DNA of 64,000 nt from Fimbriimonadia bacterium (GTDB taxonomy: Bacteria > Armatimonadota > Fimbriimonadia > Fimbriimonadales > JABRVX01), in NCBI GenBank assembly GCA_041483895.1, contig JBGPGO010000002.1, positions 1 to 64,000 on the forward strand. The letters run 5' to 3'. Numbering within the stretch: the stretch's first letter is position 1; every line of letters starts with the position of its first letter. The notes beneath the pieces are model-generated. The model was not told where the DNA came from, ran no database searches, and was given only the letters and a program-made list of their open reading frames with translations. A program made the translations under genes and the position numbers. Below, in pieces: positions 27,284 through 36,587 of this stretch.

Positions 27284-28328
27284 AACGATTCCCAGTCTGA
27301 TCCTCGGAGGCAGCGGATACGTAGCCGCCGAGATCATCCGCCTCGTCGTGGGCCATCCGTTGTTTCGGCTCGACGGCGTTGTCTCTTCGACCTATCATGG
27401 ACAGCGTGTGGACAGTGTGTTCCCGCATCTGACCGGAGCGATCGGGGATGCGGCATTTATCACCCCTGACGAAGGCAAGCAACTGATCGCGGACAAGCGG
27501 CAGATCGCCATCTTCTCCGCCATGCCACATGGGGAGACCGCAGCGGTGCTCGCAAACATTTTGTCCGGCGCGGGCGAGGCGGCGAAAGTGGTAGATATGT
27601 CGGCGGACTTCCGCTTCTCCGATCCGAAGCAGTTCGAGGCGATATACGGCCATGCGCACGGCGCGCCGGCTCTGCTGGACAAGTTCCATTGCGCTTTGCC
27701 GGAGCTGGAATCGGAGACGCCGGATCGGTATGTTGCTCATCCGGGCTGCTTCACAACGGTTGCCACTCTCGCGTCGGCCCCGTTGGTGGCGTTCCATCTG
27801 GCGGACGGGCCGATCATTGTCAACGGCGTCACCGGAAGCACCGGCAGCGGACGCAACCCGAAGCAGGGAACCCATCATCCGGAACGGCACGGCGCGATGT
27901 GGGCCTATGATCCGCTGACACACCGCCATGAGCCGGAGATGGAACAGTTGCTCGCGAGGTTGGATGGCGGCGCGGTGGACCTTTGCTTCATCCCTCATTC
28001 GGGTCCGTTTGCGCGCGGCATCCACGCCACGGTATTTGCCCACCTCAAAACGCCGATGCCGTCGGACGCAATGATTCGGCGATATCAGGATTTTTACGCT
28101 AACGCGCCGTTTATCACCGTCGGCGAACGGCTGCCGACGGTGAAAGAGGTGGTCGGATCGAATCGGTGCCACATGGGAATTGTGACGAACGGGGAGAACG
28201 CGGTCGTGACGGCGGTGATCGATAATCTGGTGAAAGGCGCATCCGGCGGGGCTGTGCAGTGGATGAACCGAATGTTCGGCCTCGACGAGACAACCGGATT
28301 GATGACGCCCGGGATTGGCTGGGCATGA
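27273..28328 (+). CDS. argC: N-acetyl-gamma-glutamyl-phosphate reductase
   Basis: LGGSGY, DMSADFR, AHPGC, IDNLVKGASGGAVQ. Confidence 0.93.
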   Translation: MQTKTIPSLILGGSGYVAAEIIRLVVGHPLFRLDGVVSSTYHGQRVDSVFPHLTGAIGDAAFITPDEGKQLIADKRQIAIFSAMPHGETAAVLANILSGAGEAAKVVDMSADFRFSDPKQFEAIYGHAHGAPALLDKFHCALPELESETPDRYVAHPGCFTTVATLASAPLVAFHLADGPIIVNGVTGSTGSGRNPKQGTHHPERHGAMWAYDPLTHRHEPEMEQLLARLDGGAVDLCFIPHSGPFARGIHATVFAHLKTPMPSDAMIRRYQDFYANAPFITVGERLPTVKEVVGSNRCHMGIVTNGENAVVTAVIDNLVKGASGGAVQWMNRMFGLDETTGLMTPGIGWA

Positions 28329-29455
28329 GCACGTACGAATTTCCTGTGTATACGCGGAGCGGCCTTACGATTGTGGATGGGCGCGGCTATACCGTGCGCG
28401 ACAGTCTCGGCAACACGTACCTGGACTTTTACGGCGGTCATGCCGTTGCGATCTTGGGGTATGGACATCCGGGCGTGACGCGCGCGATCCAGGCGGAGAC
28501 GGAGACGCTGCTGTTTCAGACAAATGCCGTGGACCTTTCGGTGCGGCAGGAGGCGTGCGAGGCTCTTGTTTCGATCGCCCCCAAGGGTCTGGATCGCGTG
28601 TTCTTGGTCAATTCCGGTGGGGAGGCGAATGAGAACGCGCTGCGCATCGCGTTTTGGCAGACCGGGCGGTCGAAAGTGGTGGCGCTAAAAGGTGCGTTTC
28701 ATGGTCGCACGGCGGCGGCTGCGGCTGTCACCGATGGGGCCGTATGGTACGGCTTTCCGCGGACGCCGTTTGACGTTGCGTGGGCGTCGCCGAACGATGT
28801 GCAGGCGTTGGATGCGGCTTTGGATGATTCGGTCGCGGCGTTCATCTTCGAGCCGGTGCAGGGCGTGGCCGGTGCGGTCGCGATGACGGCGGAGTTTATG
28901 CAAGCCGCGCGAACGATGTGTACGGAACGGGGCGTGGTACTAATCGCCGATGAGGTGCAGACGGGGATGGGACGGACGGGGACGTTTTTCGCCGTGGAGC
29001 AGCTTGGAATCGTCCCGGACGTGCTGACGGTGGCGAAGGGGATCGGCGCGGGGTTTCCGGCCGCGGCGGTGCTTGCGCCGGCTGCCATTGCGGATTTGAT
29101 CAAGCCGGGTTGGCTGGGGACCACGTTTGGCGGCGGGCCGGTCGCGTGCGCGGCGATCCTCGCGACGGTGCAGGCGATCAGCGCGCCGGAATTCTTGGAG
29201 AATGTGCAATCGATTTCGCAACGTATTTTCGCCGAAGCGCGGGTCGGTCCGGTGCAAGACATATCTGGCTTGGGACTGTTGATCGGGCTGCATGTTTCCC
29301 GGCCTGCCAAAGAGGTGTTGCGGGAGTTGCGCGAGAGGGGCATCTTGGCCGGCGACGCGAAAAACCCGAACGTTGTCCGCCTGTTGCCGCCGCTCATCAT
29401 CGATGATGCGGCGGTGGATGGGTTGATGAAGGCGTTGAAGGAGATAGTCCCGTGA
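28325..29455 (+). CDS. argD: Acetylornithine aminotransferase
   Basis: NSGGEANE, FHGRT, EPVQG, DEVQTGMGRTG, AKG; operon context. Confidence 0.88.
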   Translation: MSTYEFPVYTRSGLTIVDGRGYTVRDSLGNTYLDFYGGHAVAILGYGHPGVTRAIQAETETLLFQTNAVDLSVRQEACEALVSIAPKGLDRVFLVNSGGEANENALRIAFWQTGRSKVVALKGAFHGRTAAAAAVTDGAVWYGFPRTPFDVAWASPNDVQALDAALDDSVAAFIFEPVQGVAGAVAMTAEFMQAARTMCTERGVVLIADEVQTGMGRTGTFFAVEQLGIVPDVLTVAKGIGAGFPAAAVLAPAAIADLIKPGWLGTTFGGGPVACAAILATVQAISAPEFLENVQSISQRIFAEARVGPVQDISGLGLLIGLHVSRPAKEVLRELRERGILAGDAKNPNVVRLLPPLIIDDAAVDGLMKALKEIVP

Positions 29456-30417
29456 TGACAAAATTCTTGTCGCTATCGAATGTTTCTTCGGGTGAGGTCG
29501 ATCAATTGCTGGCGCTGGCGCGCTCGCTCGAAAAAGAACCGATCAACGATTCGCTGAAAGGCAAAGTCATCGGGTTGCTGTTCATGAATCCGTCGCTGCG
29601 AACGCTCGCGTCTTTCCAAGCCGGAACGGCGCAGTTGGGTGGATCGGCGGTCGTGATACAGCCCGGCGCGGGATCGTGGCAGCTAGAAACGAGCGATGGG
29701 GTTGTGATGGACGGCGCGGCGGTGGAGCATGTGCGGGAGGCGATTCCGGTGCTGGCCTCATACTGCGATCTGCTGGGCGTGCGCCGCTTTGCCGAGGCGA
29801 AAGATCTGCAGACGGATCTTGCAGACGAAGTAATGCAAAAAATGTCGGAGCTATGTCCGAAACCGTTCATCAACATGGAATCCGCATCCGATCATCCGTG
29901 CCAAGCGCTGGCGGACTGGAAGACGCTGGACGATTACGACATACCGCGCGCCGGTGGCAAGTTCGTTTTGTCCTGGGCCTACCACCCGAAGCCGCTGCCT
30001 TACGCCGTGCCGCTTGCCGCCGTAACGATGGCGCTCAAACGAGGGATGGATGTGACGGTGCTGCGGCCGGACAGATACGACCTTCCCGTGTCGCTCACAG
30101 GCGTGAAGTACACATCGGATCGCGATGCCGCGATGGATGGGGCGCACGTTCTCTATTGCAAATCCTGGGCACGCCCGGAGAATTATGGCGGCGTGGAGGA
30201 CCGTGAGCATCTGCGCGATTGGTGCGTGCGGGAAAGCTGGTTCGCGGCCGCGCGGTCGGACGCAAAGTTCATGCACTGCCTGCCGGTCCGGCGGAATGTG
30301 AAGGTGGCGGATGAGGTGCTCGATGGTCCGCGCAGCGTCGTGTTGCGCCAGGCGGAAAACCGGCTGCATGCGCAAAAGGCATTATTGATGAAGATGATCG
30401 GAGGCGCGCATGGATAG
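29452..30417 (+). CDS. argF: N-acetylornithine carbamoyltransferase (ArgF')
   Basis: FMNPSLRT, EHVREAIPVL, HPCQALAD, WAYHPKPLP and HCLPVRRN are AOTCase-type motifs. Confidence 0.88.
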   Translation: MMTKFLSLSNVSSGEVDQLLALARSLEKEPINDSLKGKVIGLLFMNPSLRTLASFQAGTAQLGGSAVVIQPGAGSWQLETSDGVVMDGAAVEHVREAIPVLASYCDLLGVRRFAEAKDLQTDLADEVMQKMSELCPKPFINMESASDHPCQALADWKTLDDYDIPRAGGKFVLSWAYHPKPLPYAVPLAAVTMALKRGMDVTVLRPDRYDLPVSLTGVKYTSDRDAAMDGAHVLYCKSWARPENYGGVEDREHLRDWCVRESWFAAARSDAKFMHCLPVRRNVKVADEVLDGPRSVVLRQAENRLHAQKALLMKMIGGAHG

Positions 30418-31300
30418 GGCTTACGCAATTGGGGCGCTGCGGCAGGCGGTGCCATATCTGCGGCTATACCGTGGTCAGATATTTGTCATCAAGTGCGGCG
30501 GTGAGGCGATCCAATCGCGGGACAGCGCGAAGCGTTTGCTGGAGCAGATTTCGGTGTTTCAGCAGTTGGGAATCCATGTGGTTTTGGTGCATGGGGGCGG
30601 GCCGCAGGCGACGGAGCTGGCGACTCGGTTGGGGGCAGAGTCGGAATTTGTCGAAGGACGGCGCGTCACGAACCCGGAGATGTTGGAGGCGATGACGCTG
30701 GCGCTCAACGGCGCGGCGAGCACGCTGCTGCTGTCCGTTTGCCGGGAGATGGAGATTCCCGCCATCGGACTATCGGGAGTGGATGCGGGCCTGGTGCGGG
30801 CTGTGAAGCGTCCGCCTCGGGCTGGGGCCGATTACGGCGAAGTCGGGGACATTGTTTCCGTGCAGCCAACGCCCATACGCCATCTTTTGGACGGAGGATA
30901 TCTGCCGATCGTCAGCCCCTTGTCGGCCAGCGATCAGGGCGATGTTTTGAACATCAATGCAGATAGCGTGGCATCGGCTTTGGCGGTTTCGTTGGGGGCG
31001 ATGAAACTGATGTTCGTGATGGGCGCGCCGGGAGTCCTGCGCGATGCGAACAATCCCGACAGCTTACTATCCCATCTGGATGTTGCGGGAATTCAGGCGT
31101 TGATGGAGCAAGGCGTCCTGACGGATGGCATGTTGCCGAAGACAGATAGTATCATATCCGCGTTGCAGCATGGTGTGGCGCGCGTGCACATCGTGTCATA
31201 CAAGTATCCGGACAGTTTGTTGACCGAAGTTTTCACCAACGAGGGTTGCGGCACGCTGATTGTGCGCGCAGAGAAGGAACTATTACCGGAAGAAGAGTGA
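30410..31300 (+). CDS. argB: Acetylglutamate kinase
   Basis: VIKCGG, VHGGG, NINAD, GMLPK, EVFTNEGCGT. Confidence 0.93.
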   Translation: MDRAYAIGALRQAVPYLRLYRGQIFVIKCGGEAIQSRDSAKRLLEQISVFQQLGIHVVLVHGGGPQATELATRLGAESEFVEGRRVTNPEMLEAMTLALNGAASTLLLSVCREMEIPAIGLSGVDAGLVRAVKRPPRAGADYGEVGDIVSVQPTPIRHLLDGGYLPIVSPLSASDQGDVLNINADSVASALAVSLGAMKLMFVMGAPGVLRDANNPDSLLSHLDVAGIQALMEQGVLTDGMLPKTDSIISALQHGVARVHIVSYKYPDSLLTEVFTNEGCGTLIVRAEKELLPEEE

Positions 31301-31350
31301 TGTTGCCGGACCGATCGTCTATTGGTAGGGATGTCATTACGAGCCACCAT

Positions 31351-31457
31351 GTCATTCCGAGCTTGTCGAGGAATCCCTTTCAGAACCTGGCGATTTCCTG
31401 CTCGCCTTCCGATAGTAGGACCTCCGGAAAGGGATTCCTCGACAAGCTCGGAATGAC
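31351..31457. repeat. Long inverted-repeat element (REPIN/MITE-like), copy 1
   Basis: 31-bp arms GTCATTCCGAGCTTGTCGAGGAATCCCTTTC and its exact reverse complement. Confidence 0.9.
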
Positions 31458-31470
31458 TGCTGCTCTTGTT

Positions 31471-31529
31471 GTGTTGGGGTTCTCGCATTCCGATATCCAC
31501 TCAATTGCCGATCCCCAGGACCCCAACAC
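31471..31529. repeat. REP-like palindrome (GTGTTGGGGT...ACCCCAACAC family)
   Basis: Terminal inverted arms seen directly. Confidence 0.75.
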
Positions 31530-31539
31530 TCTATCGTCG

Positions 31540-34017
31540 TTACTGCGCGCGCGGTTCCACTCCGAGCAGATTGCGCACGAAGAAATCCTTTCTGCGACGA
31601 CTGCCGTAGGGAGTTTCCGCCGCGCCGTGACCCGCGCCCGGAACAATCAGCAAATCGAAGTCCTTGTTGGCCTTGACCAACGCGTTTACCACCTGCATCG
31701 TCGTCGCGGGATCGACGTTGGTATCCAATTCGCCGGCGACCAATAGCAGTTTGCCCTGCAAATCCTTAGCATGTGTCACGTTGGAATTCTCGGCATACTC
31801 CGGCCCGACAGGCCAGCCCATCCATAGCTCGTTCCACCACACCTTGTCCATCCGATTATCATGGCATCCGCTATCGGCAACTCCCACTTTATAAAAGTCG
31901 CCGTGCGTGAGCAGCCCCGCCAGCGCGTTTTGCCCTCCGGCGGAGCCGCCATAGATGCCTACGCGAGTAAGATCCATATAGTGGTACTTTTCCGCCGCTG
32001 CTTTGATCCAGAGAATTCGATCCGGAAATCCGCCATCGATCAAATTCTTATAGCAGACGTTATGAAACGCCTTCGAACGGTTGTTGGTGCCCATTCCATC
32101 GATCTGCACGACGATGAACCCAAGCTCCGCCATTTCCATCATCTGATTGTAGCCTGCCCAGGATTTTGGAACAAACGAGCCCTGTGGTCCAGCGTAGATG
32201 TTTTCTATGACCGGGTAGTTCTTGTTCGAATCGAAGTTAGAAGGACGAATGATAACGCCATAGATGTCTGTCTTTTCGTCGCGACCCTTCGAGACAAATC
32301 GCTCCGGCATCTTCCAACCCGTTGCTATGAGCGCCGATCCGTTGGACAATTCGAGTTTGCATACCAGTTTGCCGTCTTCCGCGCTTCGCAGTTCGGACAC
32401 CGGAGGCAGATCGACGCGAGAATAGGTATCGACAATGAACCGCCTGTCCGGCGAAAAAGCGACCTGATGCGTGCCGTCCCCGTGCGTCAGAACTGTCAAA
32501 CCGGTACCATCAAAATTGACCTTGCAATAATGTATGTAGTAGGGATCCTGGCCGGGGATGATGCCACTCGCCCGGAACCAGATCACTTTATGCTCTTCGT
32601 CCACCGAATCCACCTGCCGAACCACCCATTCCCCCTTCGTAATCTGATTCTTGACTTGGCCGGTATCCATATCATATAAATAGAGGTGATTCCATCCGTC
32701 TCGTTCGGACATCCATATTAGATCCGAACCCACCTGTTGCATGAAGAACTTGTCCGCGTAATCAATGAAGGTCTTGCTTGTTTCATCCACAATCGCCGTC
32801 GCTTCGCCAGACGACGGTTCAATCCCGATAACCCTGAGTATTTGATGCCCGCGCTGGTTGTAGACGAACAGGAATTTTCCCGATGCCGCATCCCAGTGGG
32901 GATTATCGATGTCATACGGGTTTTGGAAAAGCGCGTCAGACACCAATACCTCTTTGCTCCCGGCAACGTCGAAGATGTGAGGCTTGGAGATTGGCAATCG
33001 ATCTCCCGGCTTGTAGTAGTCCATCGTGTGTAGCTTCGGCTGCACTTGATCGGCGGGAGAGGATTCCACCATATATACCTTATGCCCTTCGCCGGCTTTG
33101 GTCTTCATGACCGCGACATGCCGCGAATCCGGCGACCAGAGAACCGGGTCGGTAAAGGAGTTGTCTGCGGTTCCATCGACCGTCAATGGACTCTCCTCAC
33201 CGGAAGTCATGTCCCGCAATATGAGATTTCGGTCCCTGATGAACGCCCGCCACTTGGCGTTTGGAGAAATATGGGTATCCGGTCTTGGCTCGGGACCGGA
33301 TTCGGGGGAATCTTTTCGTTCGTCGATCACCGCCGTGCCGGGGGTGTCTGTGGCCTCGTAGGCGCCGATGAATTGTCCGCTCGCGTCTTCGACCAAGAAA
33401 ACATGATGCGCGTAGGTATTTTGGCTGAACTGCTCACCGGGCTTGATCGTGCCGTAAGCGACGCGCTGATTGTCGCCATTGATCCAGAACAGTTTGACAT
33501 CGTTCTTGGTGTTGTTGGCAAAGGTGATGGTGGACTGTTCGCCGCCCTGGCCAGACGGCCTTGGCCGGCGCAGACGGGGCAGGGAAGGCGCTGAAAGCGT
33601 CACGTCCGCCCGCTTGGTGAGTTTGCCATCGGCGTATTGCCACGTCACGCCCGCTACCCGCAGATACAACCCGTCATTTCGGGATTCCATCCACTCAACC
33701 GGCAGCCGATCCGGATCGAACGACCCTCCATGCTCGCTGAGAGTCTTTGCAAGCTTTTTGTGGTCAAAGGCGGGCAATCGCGTGCCCTTGGCGGCATCGA
33801 CCATCACGAACTCGCGAGCGCCTCCCGGAAGATCGTTGCGATACCAGAACTTCGCGCCGTTATCGAACCAATTGGGTTGTACTCGGGCGCGAAATACCTT
33901 GTTCTGCGACGTGGTTCGGAGGCGAGCGGCGCGGTCATAGTCGGCCTTTGTGCCCTGCGCATGGACCGCCAAAATCAGCGCGGCGAGGGAAAGGATGGTT
34001 ATGAAAATTTTGGACAT
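31540..34017 (-). CDS. S9 family (DPP IV-like) secreted peptidase with VHL-like insert
   Basis: [20 protein letters not shown] catalytic triad; ERDGWNHLY; signal peptide. Confidence 0.92.
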   Translation of the reverse strand: MSKIFITILSLAALILAVHAQGTKADYDRAARLRTTSQNKVFRARVQPNWFDNGAKFWYRNDLPGGAREFVMVDAAKGTRLPAFDHKKLAKTLSEHGGSFDPDRLPVEWMESRNDGLYLRVAGVTWQYADGKLTKRADVTLSAPSLPRLRRPRPSGQGGEQSTITFANNTKNDVKLFWINGDNQRVAYGTIKPGEQFSQNTYAHHVFLVEDASGQFIGAYEATDTPGTAVIDERKDSPESGPEPRPDTHISPNAKWRAFIRDRNLILRDMTSGEESPLTVDGTADNSFTDPVLWSPDSRHVAVMKTKAGEGHKVYMVESSPADQVQPKLHTMDYYKPGDRLPISKPHIFDVAGSKEVLVSDALFQNPYDIDNPHWDAASGKFLFVYNQRGHQILRVIGIEPSSGEATAIVDETSKTFIDYADKFFMQQVGSDLIWMSERDGWNHLYLYDMDTGQVKNQITKGEWVVRQVDSVDEEHKVIWFRASGIIPGQDPYYIHYCKVNFDGTGLTVLTHGDGTHQVAFSPDRRFIVDTYSRVDLPPVSELRSAEDGKLVCKLELSNGSALIATGWKMPERFVSKGRDEKTDIYGVIIRPSNFDSNKNYPVIENIYAGPQGSFVPKSWAGYNQMMEMAELGFIVVQIDGMGTNNRSKAFHNVCYKNLIDGGFPDRILWIKAAAEKYHYMDLTRVGIYGGSAGGQNALAGLLTHGDFYKVGVADSGCHDNRMDKVWWNELWMGWPVGPEYAENSNVTHAKDLQGKLLLVAGELDTNVDPATTMQVVNALVKANKDFDLLIVPGAGHGAAETPYGSRRRKDFFVRNLLGVEPRAQ

Positions 34018-34076
34018 TCCTATCTTTTCCCTCTCTTTGCGAACGGTCCCTGCGCCGAGCCGGTAGAATTAGGTTG

Positions 34077-34760
34077 ATGAAGGCGATTGTATTGCTTAGC
34101 GGGGGATTGGATTCGGCGACCACTCTTGCGATCGCACGGGAAGAGGGGTTCGAAACCTACGCCCTCACCTTCCGATATGGTCAGCGCCACGCAATCGAGG
34201 TCGAATGCGCTCGCAAGGTGGCGTCGTCGCTGAGCGCCAGGGAACATCGCGTGATTGACATCGACCTGCGCGCCTTTGGGGCATCGGCGCTGACCGGCGA
34301 CATCGATGTGCCGAAGGGCGGACTGGCGGCCGGAATTCCCATCACGTATGTACCGGCGCGCAACACCATATTTCTTTCCTATGCGCTCGCTTGGGCGGAA
34401 GTGTTGGAGGCGAGCGCCATCTTCATCGGCGTTACGGCCGTGGACTACAGCGGGTATCCCGACTGCCGGCCAGAATACATCGCGGCGTTTCAGGCCATGG
34501 CGAACCTTGCGACAAAAGCCGCCATCGAAGGAAATCGCGTGGCAATCTACGCGCCTCTGATCGAATTGAGCAAGGCGGAGATCATCCGCCGCGGAGCGCG
34601 TTTGGGAGTCGACTTCGGCAACACAAGTTCTTGTTATGATCCTGCTCTTGATGGCGCCGCTTGCGGAGAATGCGATTCCTGCCGAATCCGCCGACGGGGA
34701 TTCTTGGATGCGGGACTACCCGATCCCACGAGGTACATGGTGCATGAGCTACGCAATTAA
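34077..34760 (+). CDS. queC: 7-cyano-7-deazaguanine synthase
   Basis: SGGLDS, YGQRH, YVPARN, GYPDCR, SCY...CGECDSC. Confidence 0.95.
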   Translation: MKAIVLLSGGLDSATTLAIAREEGFETYALTFRYGQRHAIEVECARKVASSLSAREHRVIDIDLRAFGASALTGDIDVPKGGLAAGIPITYVPARNTIFLSYALAWAEVLEASAIFIGVTAVDYSGYPDCRPEYIAAFQAMANLATKAAIEGNRVAIYAPLIELSKAEIIRRGARLGVDFGNTSSCYDPALDGAACGECDSCRIRRRGFLDAGLPDPTRYMVHELRN

Positions 34761-35373
34761 AGAGATCTACTACACGTTGCAGGGGGAGGGCGCCCATACC
34801 GGCCGGCCCGCCGTTTTCTGCCGATTTGCCGGCTGCAATCTTTGGAGCGGGCGCGAAGAGGATCGCGACTCGGCGATCTGCTCTTTTTGCGACACGGATT
34901 TTGTGGGGATGGATGGTCCGAATGGCGGCAGGTTTTCATTGGCGATCGATTTGGCGGAAAAGGTGGCTTCGTTGTGGCTTGGTGGTGGTGCGCCGTTAAT
35001 TGTTTGCACCGGCGGGGAACCTTTGCTGCAAGTTGACAAGAAACTGATCGATACCCTTCACGCCTGCGGGTTTTTCGTTGCCGTAGAAACGAACGGCACA
35101 TTGCCCGCGCCGGATGGCATCGACTGGATTTGCGTGAGCCCCAAGGCCGCGGCGCCGTTGGTATTGACGAGTGGAAATGAGCTAAAGCTGGTCTATCCGC
35201 AAGCGGGAGCCGAGCCGGAGCGGTATGATGGCCTAGCATTCGATCACTTTTATTTGCAGCCGATGGACGGACCGGAACTGGAGGCGAATACGCAGGCTGC
35301 GATTCGCTATTGCCTCGATCACCCGCAGTGGAAGCTTAGCCTTCAAACGCACAAGTTTGTCGGATTGCCCTAA
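34744..35373 (+). CDS. queE: 7-carboxy-7-deazaguanine synthase (Cx14Cx2C type)
   Basis: [39 protein letters not shown]. Confidence 0.95.
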   Translation: MSYAIKEIYYTLQGEGAHTGRPAVFCRFAGCNLWSGREEDRDSAICSFCDTDFVGMDGPNGGRFSLAIDLAEKVASLWLGGGAPLIVCTGGEPLLQVDKKLIDTLHACGFFVAVETNGTLPAPDGIDWICVSPKAAAPLVLTSGNELKLVYPQAGAEPERYDGLAFDHFYLQPMDGPELEANTQAAIRYCLDHPQWKLSLQTHKFVGLP

Positions 35374-35375
35374 AG

Positions 35376-36224
35376 CTATTGCCAATCCCACAGATAGGCG
35401 TCTCGATCGTAGATCCGGCCGCGCCATTGATCTTTCACATCGCAACCGGCCGATATTTGCGGTATGCGGAGCGCTTTCACATGCGTATCCGCAAAGGTAA
35501 CGATTGCGGTCTCCCCGTGCCAGGGCCAAACAGCGCCAAACACGTTGGAAGCCTTTGGCTGGCCCGGATTCCATGCGCCCAGCCACCAGAATGCGTTTGT
35601 TCCGGGCGGGAATGGGGGAAATGTATCAATGTTGTCCACGGTCACACGGCACGGCGGATCAACCACCCAAATCCCACCGCCTTCGGGCGTGCCGGATGGG
35701 TAATCGCGATCCCAGATACTGTTAAGAAAGACTAACACCTTCGCCGGTGTTTGGAGACGATTGGCCTTGATAGGTATGGAAAGCGATCTGCCATTGATCG
35801 TATACATCGGCGCGATATACTGCAGGCTAATCCCGACATCCGCCCGGGTGCCGCGTCCATACTCTTTACACGCCGTATCAGTAGGTCCGCATGGCTTTCC
35901 ATCGATTGTCAGATCGCGATTCTTATTTGGATCGCCGGGAGATACGTAGATGCCCCAATTCCTGGTATAGCCTTGCGTGGATGTGGGCCAAGCCTTGTCG
36001 GGCGGAAACCATTTGCCGACGGTATAGCTGGACGGCGGAAATCCCAAGGAATTGTCGTCCTTATACATTTCCGTCGCCTTGCCCGTCTGATTGAAATTGC
36101 TGATATCGGCTGTTTTGTTGGCCTGGAGACGTGCTTGCGCAAAAACGGGGAACAGGATGGCGGCCAGGATCGCGATGATTGCGATAACCACCAACAGTTC
36201 GATCAATGTAAATCCACGTTTCAT
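35376..36224 (-). CDS. Prepilin-type N-terminal cleavage/methylation protein (DUF1559-like)
   Basis: MKRGFTLIELLVVIAIIAILAAILFPVFAQAR; C-terminal H-x9-DTH. Confidence 0.9.
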   Translation of the reverse strand: MKRGFTLIELLVVIAIIAILAAILFPVFAQARLQANKTADISNFNQTGKATEMYKDDNSLGFPPSSYTVGKWFPPDKAWPTSTQGYTRNWGIYVSPGDPNKNRDLTIDGKPCGPTDTACKEYGRGTRADVGISLQYIAPMYTINGRSLSIPIKANRLQTPAKVLVFLNSIWDRDYPSGTPEGGGIWVVDPPCRVTVDNIDTFPPFPPGTNAFWWLGAWNPGQPKASNVFGAVWPWHGETAIVTFADTHVKALRIPQISAGCDVKDQWRGRIYDRDAYLWDWQ

Positions 36225-36343
36225 TTCAACCTCCCTTTGCTCGCCTTTACGCTCAGGATCACGATGGCCAAAACAATTGCGATGATTGCCACGGTCGCTA
36301 CCACCAGGAACAAATCGAAAAGCGAAAATTCAGACTCCTTCAC
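36221..36343 (-). CDS. Small prepilin-like membrane peptide (40 aa)
   Basis: GTG start; MKESEFSLFDLFLVVATVAIIAIVLAIVILSVKASKGRLK; ATGA overlap with the pilin gene and exactly fills the gap. Confidence 0.55.
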   Translation of the reverse strand: MKESEFSLFDLFLVVATVAIIAIVLAIVILSVKASKGRLK

Positions 36344-36344
36344 T

Positions 36345-36572
36345 CTATCTACCAGGCTTGCCGCTCGGGCCCATCATGCCGGAACCGGGGACGATGCCAC
36401 CCGGCTGCAGCTCCGGCTGGTTGCCGGGCGCCTTCTGCTTGCTCATTTCTTGCAGCGCGCTATCCACGGTCCCCTGTGACTGGGAGCTCGATTTCGCGTA
36501 CAGAACAACAGCGATAGCGGCGATGACGAGACCCGCGACGAGAGCCCAAATCGGTTTGATGGTCCGGTTCAT
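36345..36572 (-). CDS. Small single-TM hypothetical protein
   Basis: N-terminal TM helix and Pro/Gly tail; a common neighbour type for these pilin-like genes. Confidence 0.6.
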   Translation of the reverse strand: MNRTIKPIWALVAGLVIAAIAVVLYAKSSSQSQGTVDSALQEMSKQKAPGNQPELQPGGIVPGSGMMGPSGKPGR

Positions 36573-36587
36573 TTCACGACTACTATA

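Noticed and set aside
34074..35373. queCE as part of a 7-deazaguanine DNA-modification (dpd) system
   Set aside because: No dpdA/TGT-like or other dpd genes nearby; ordinary queuosine synthesis is simpler.
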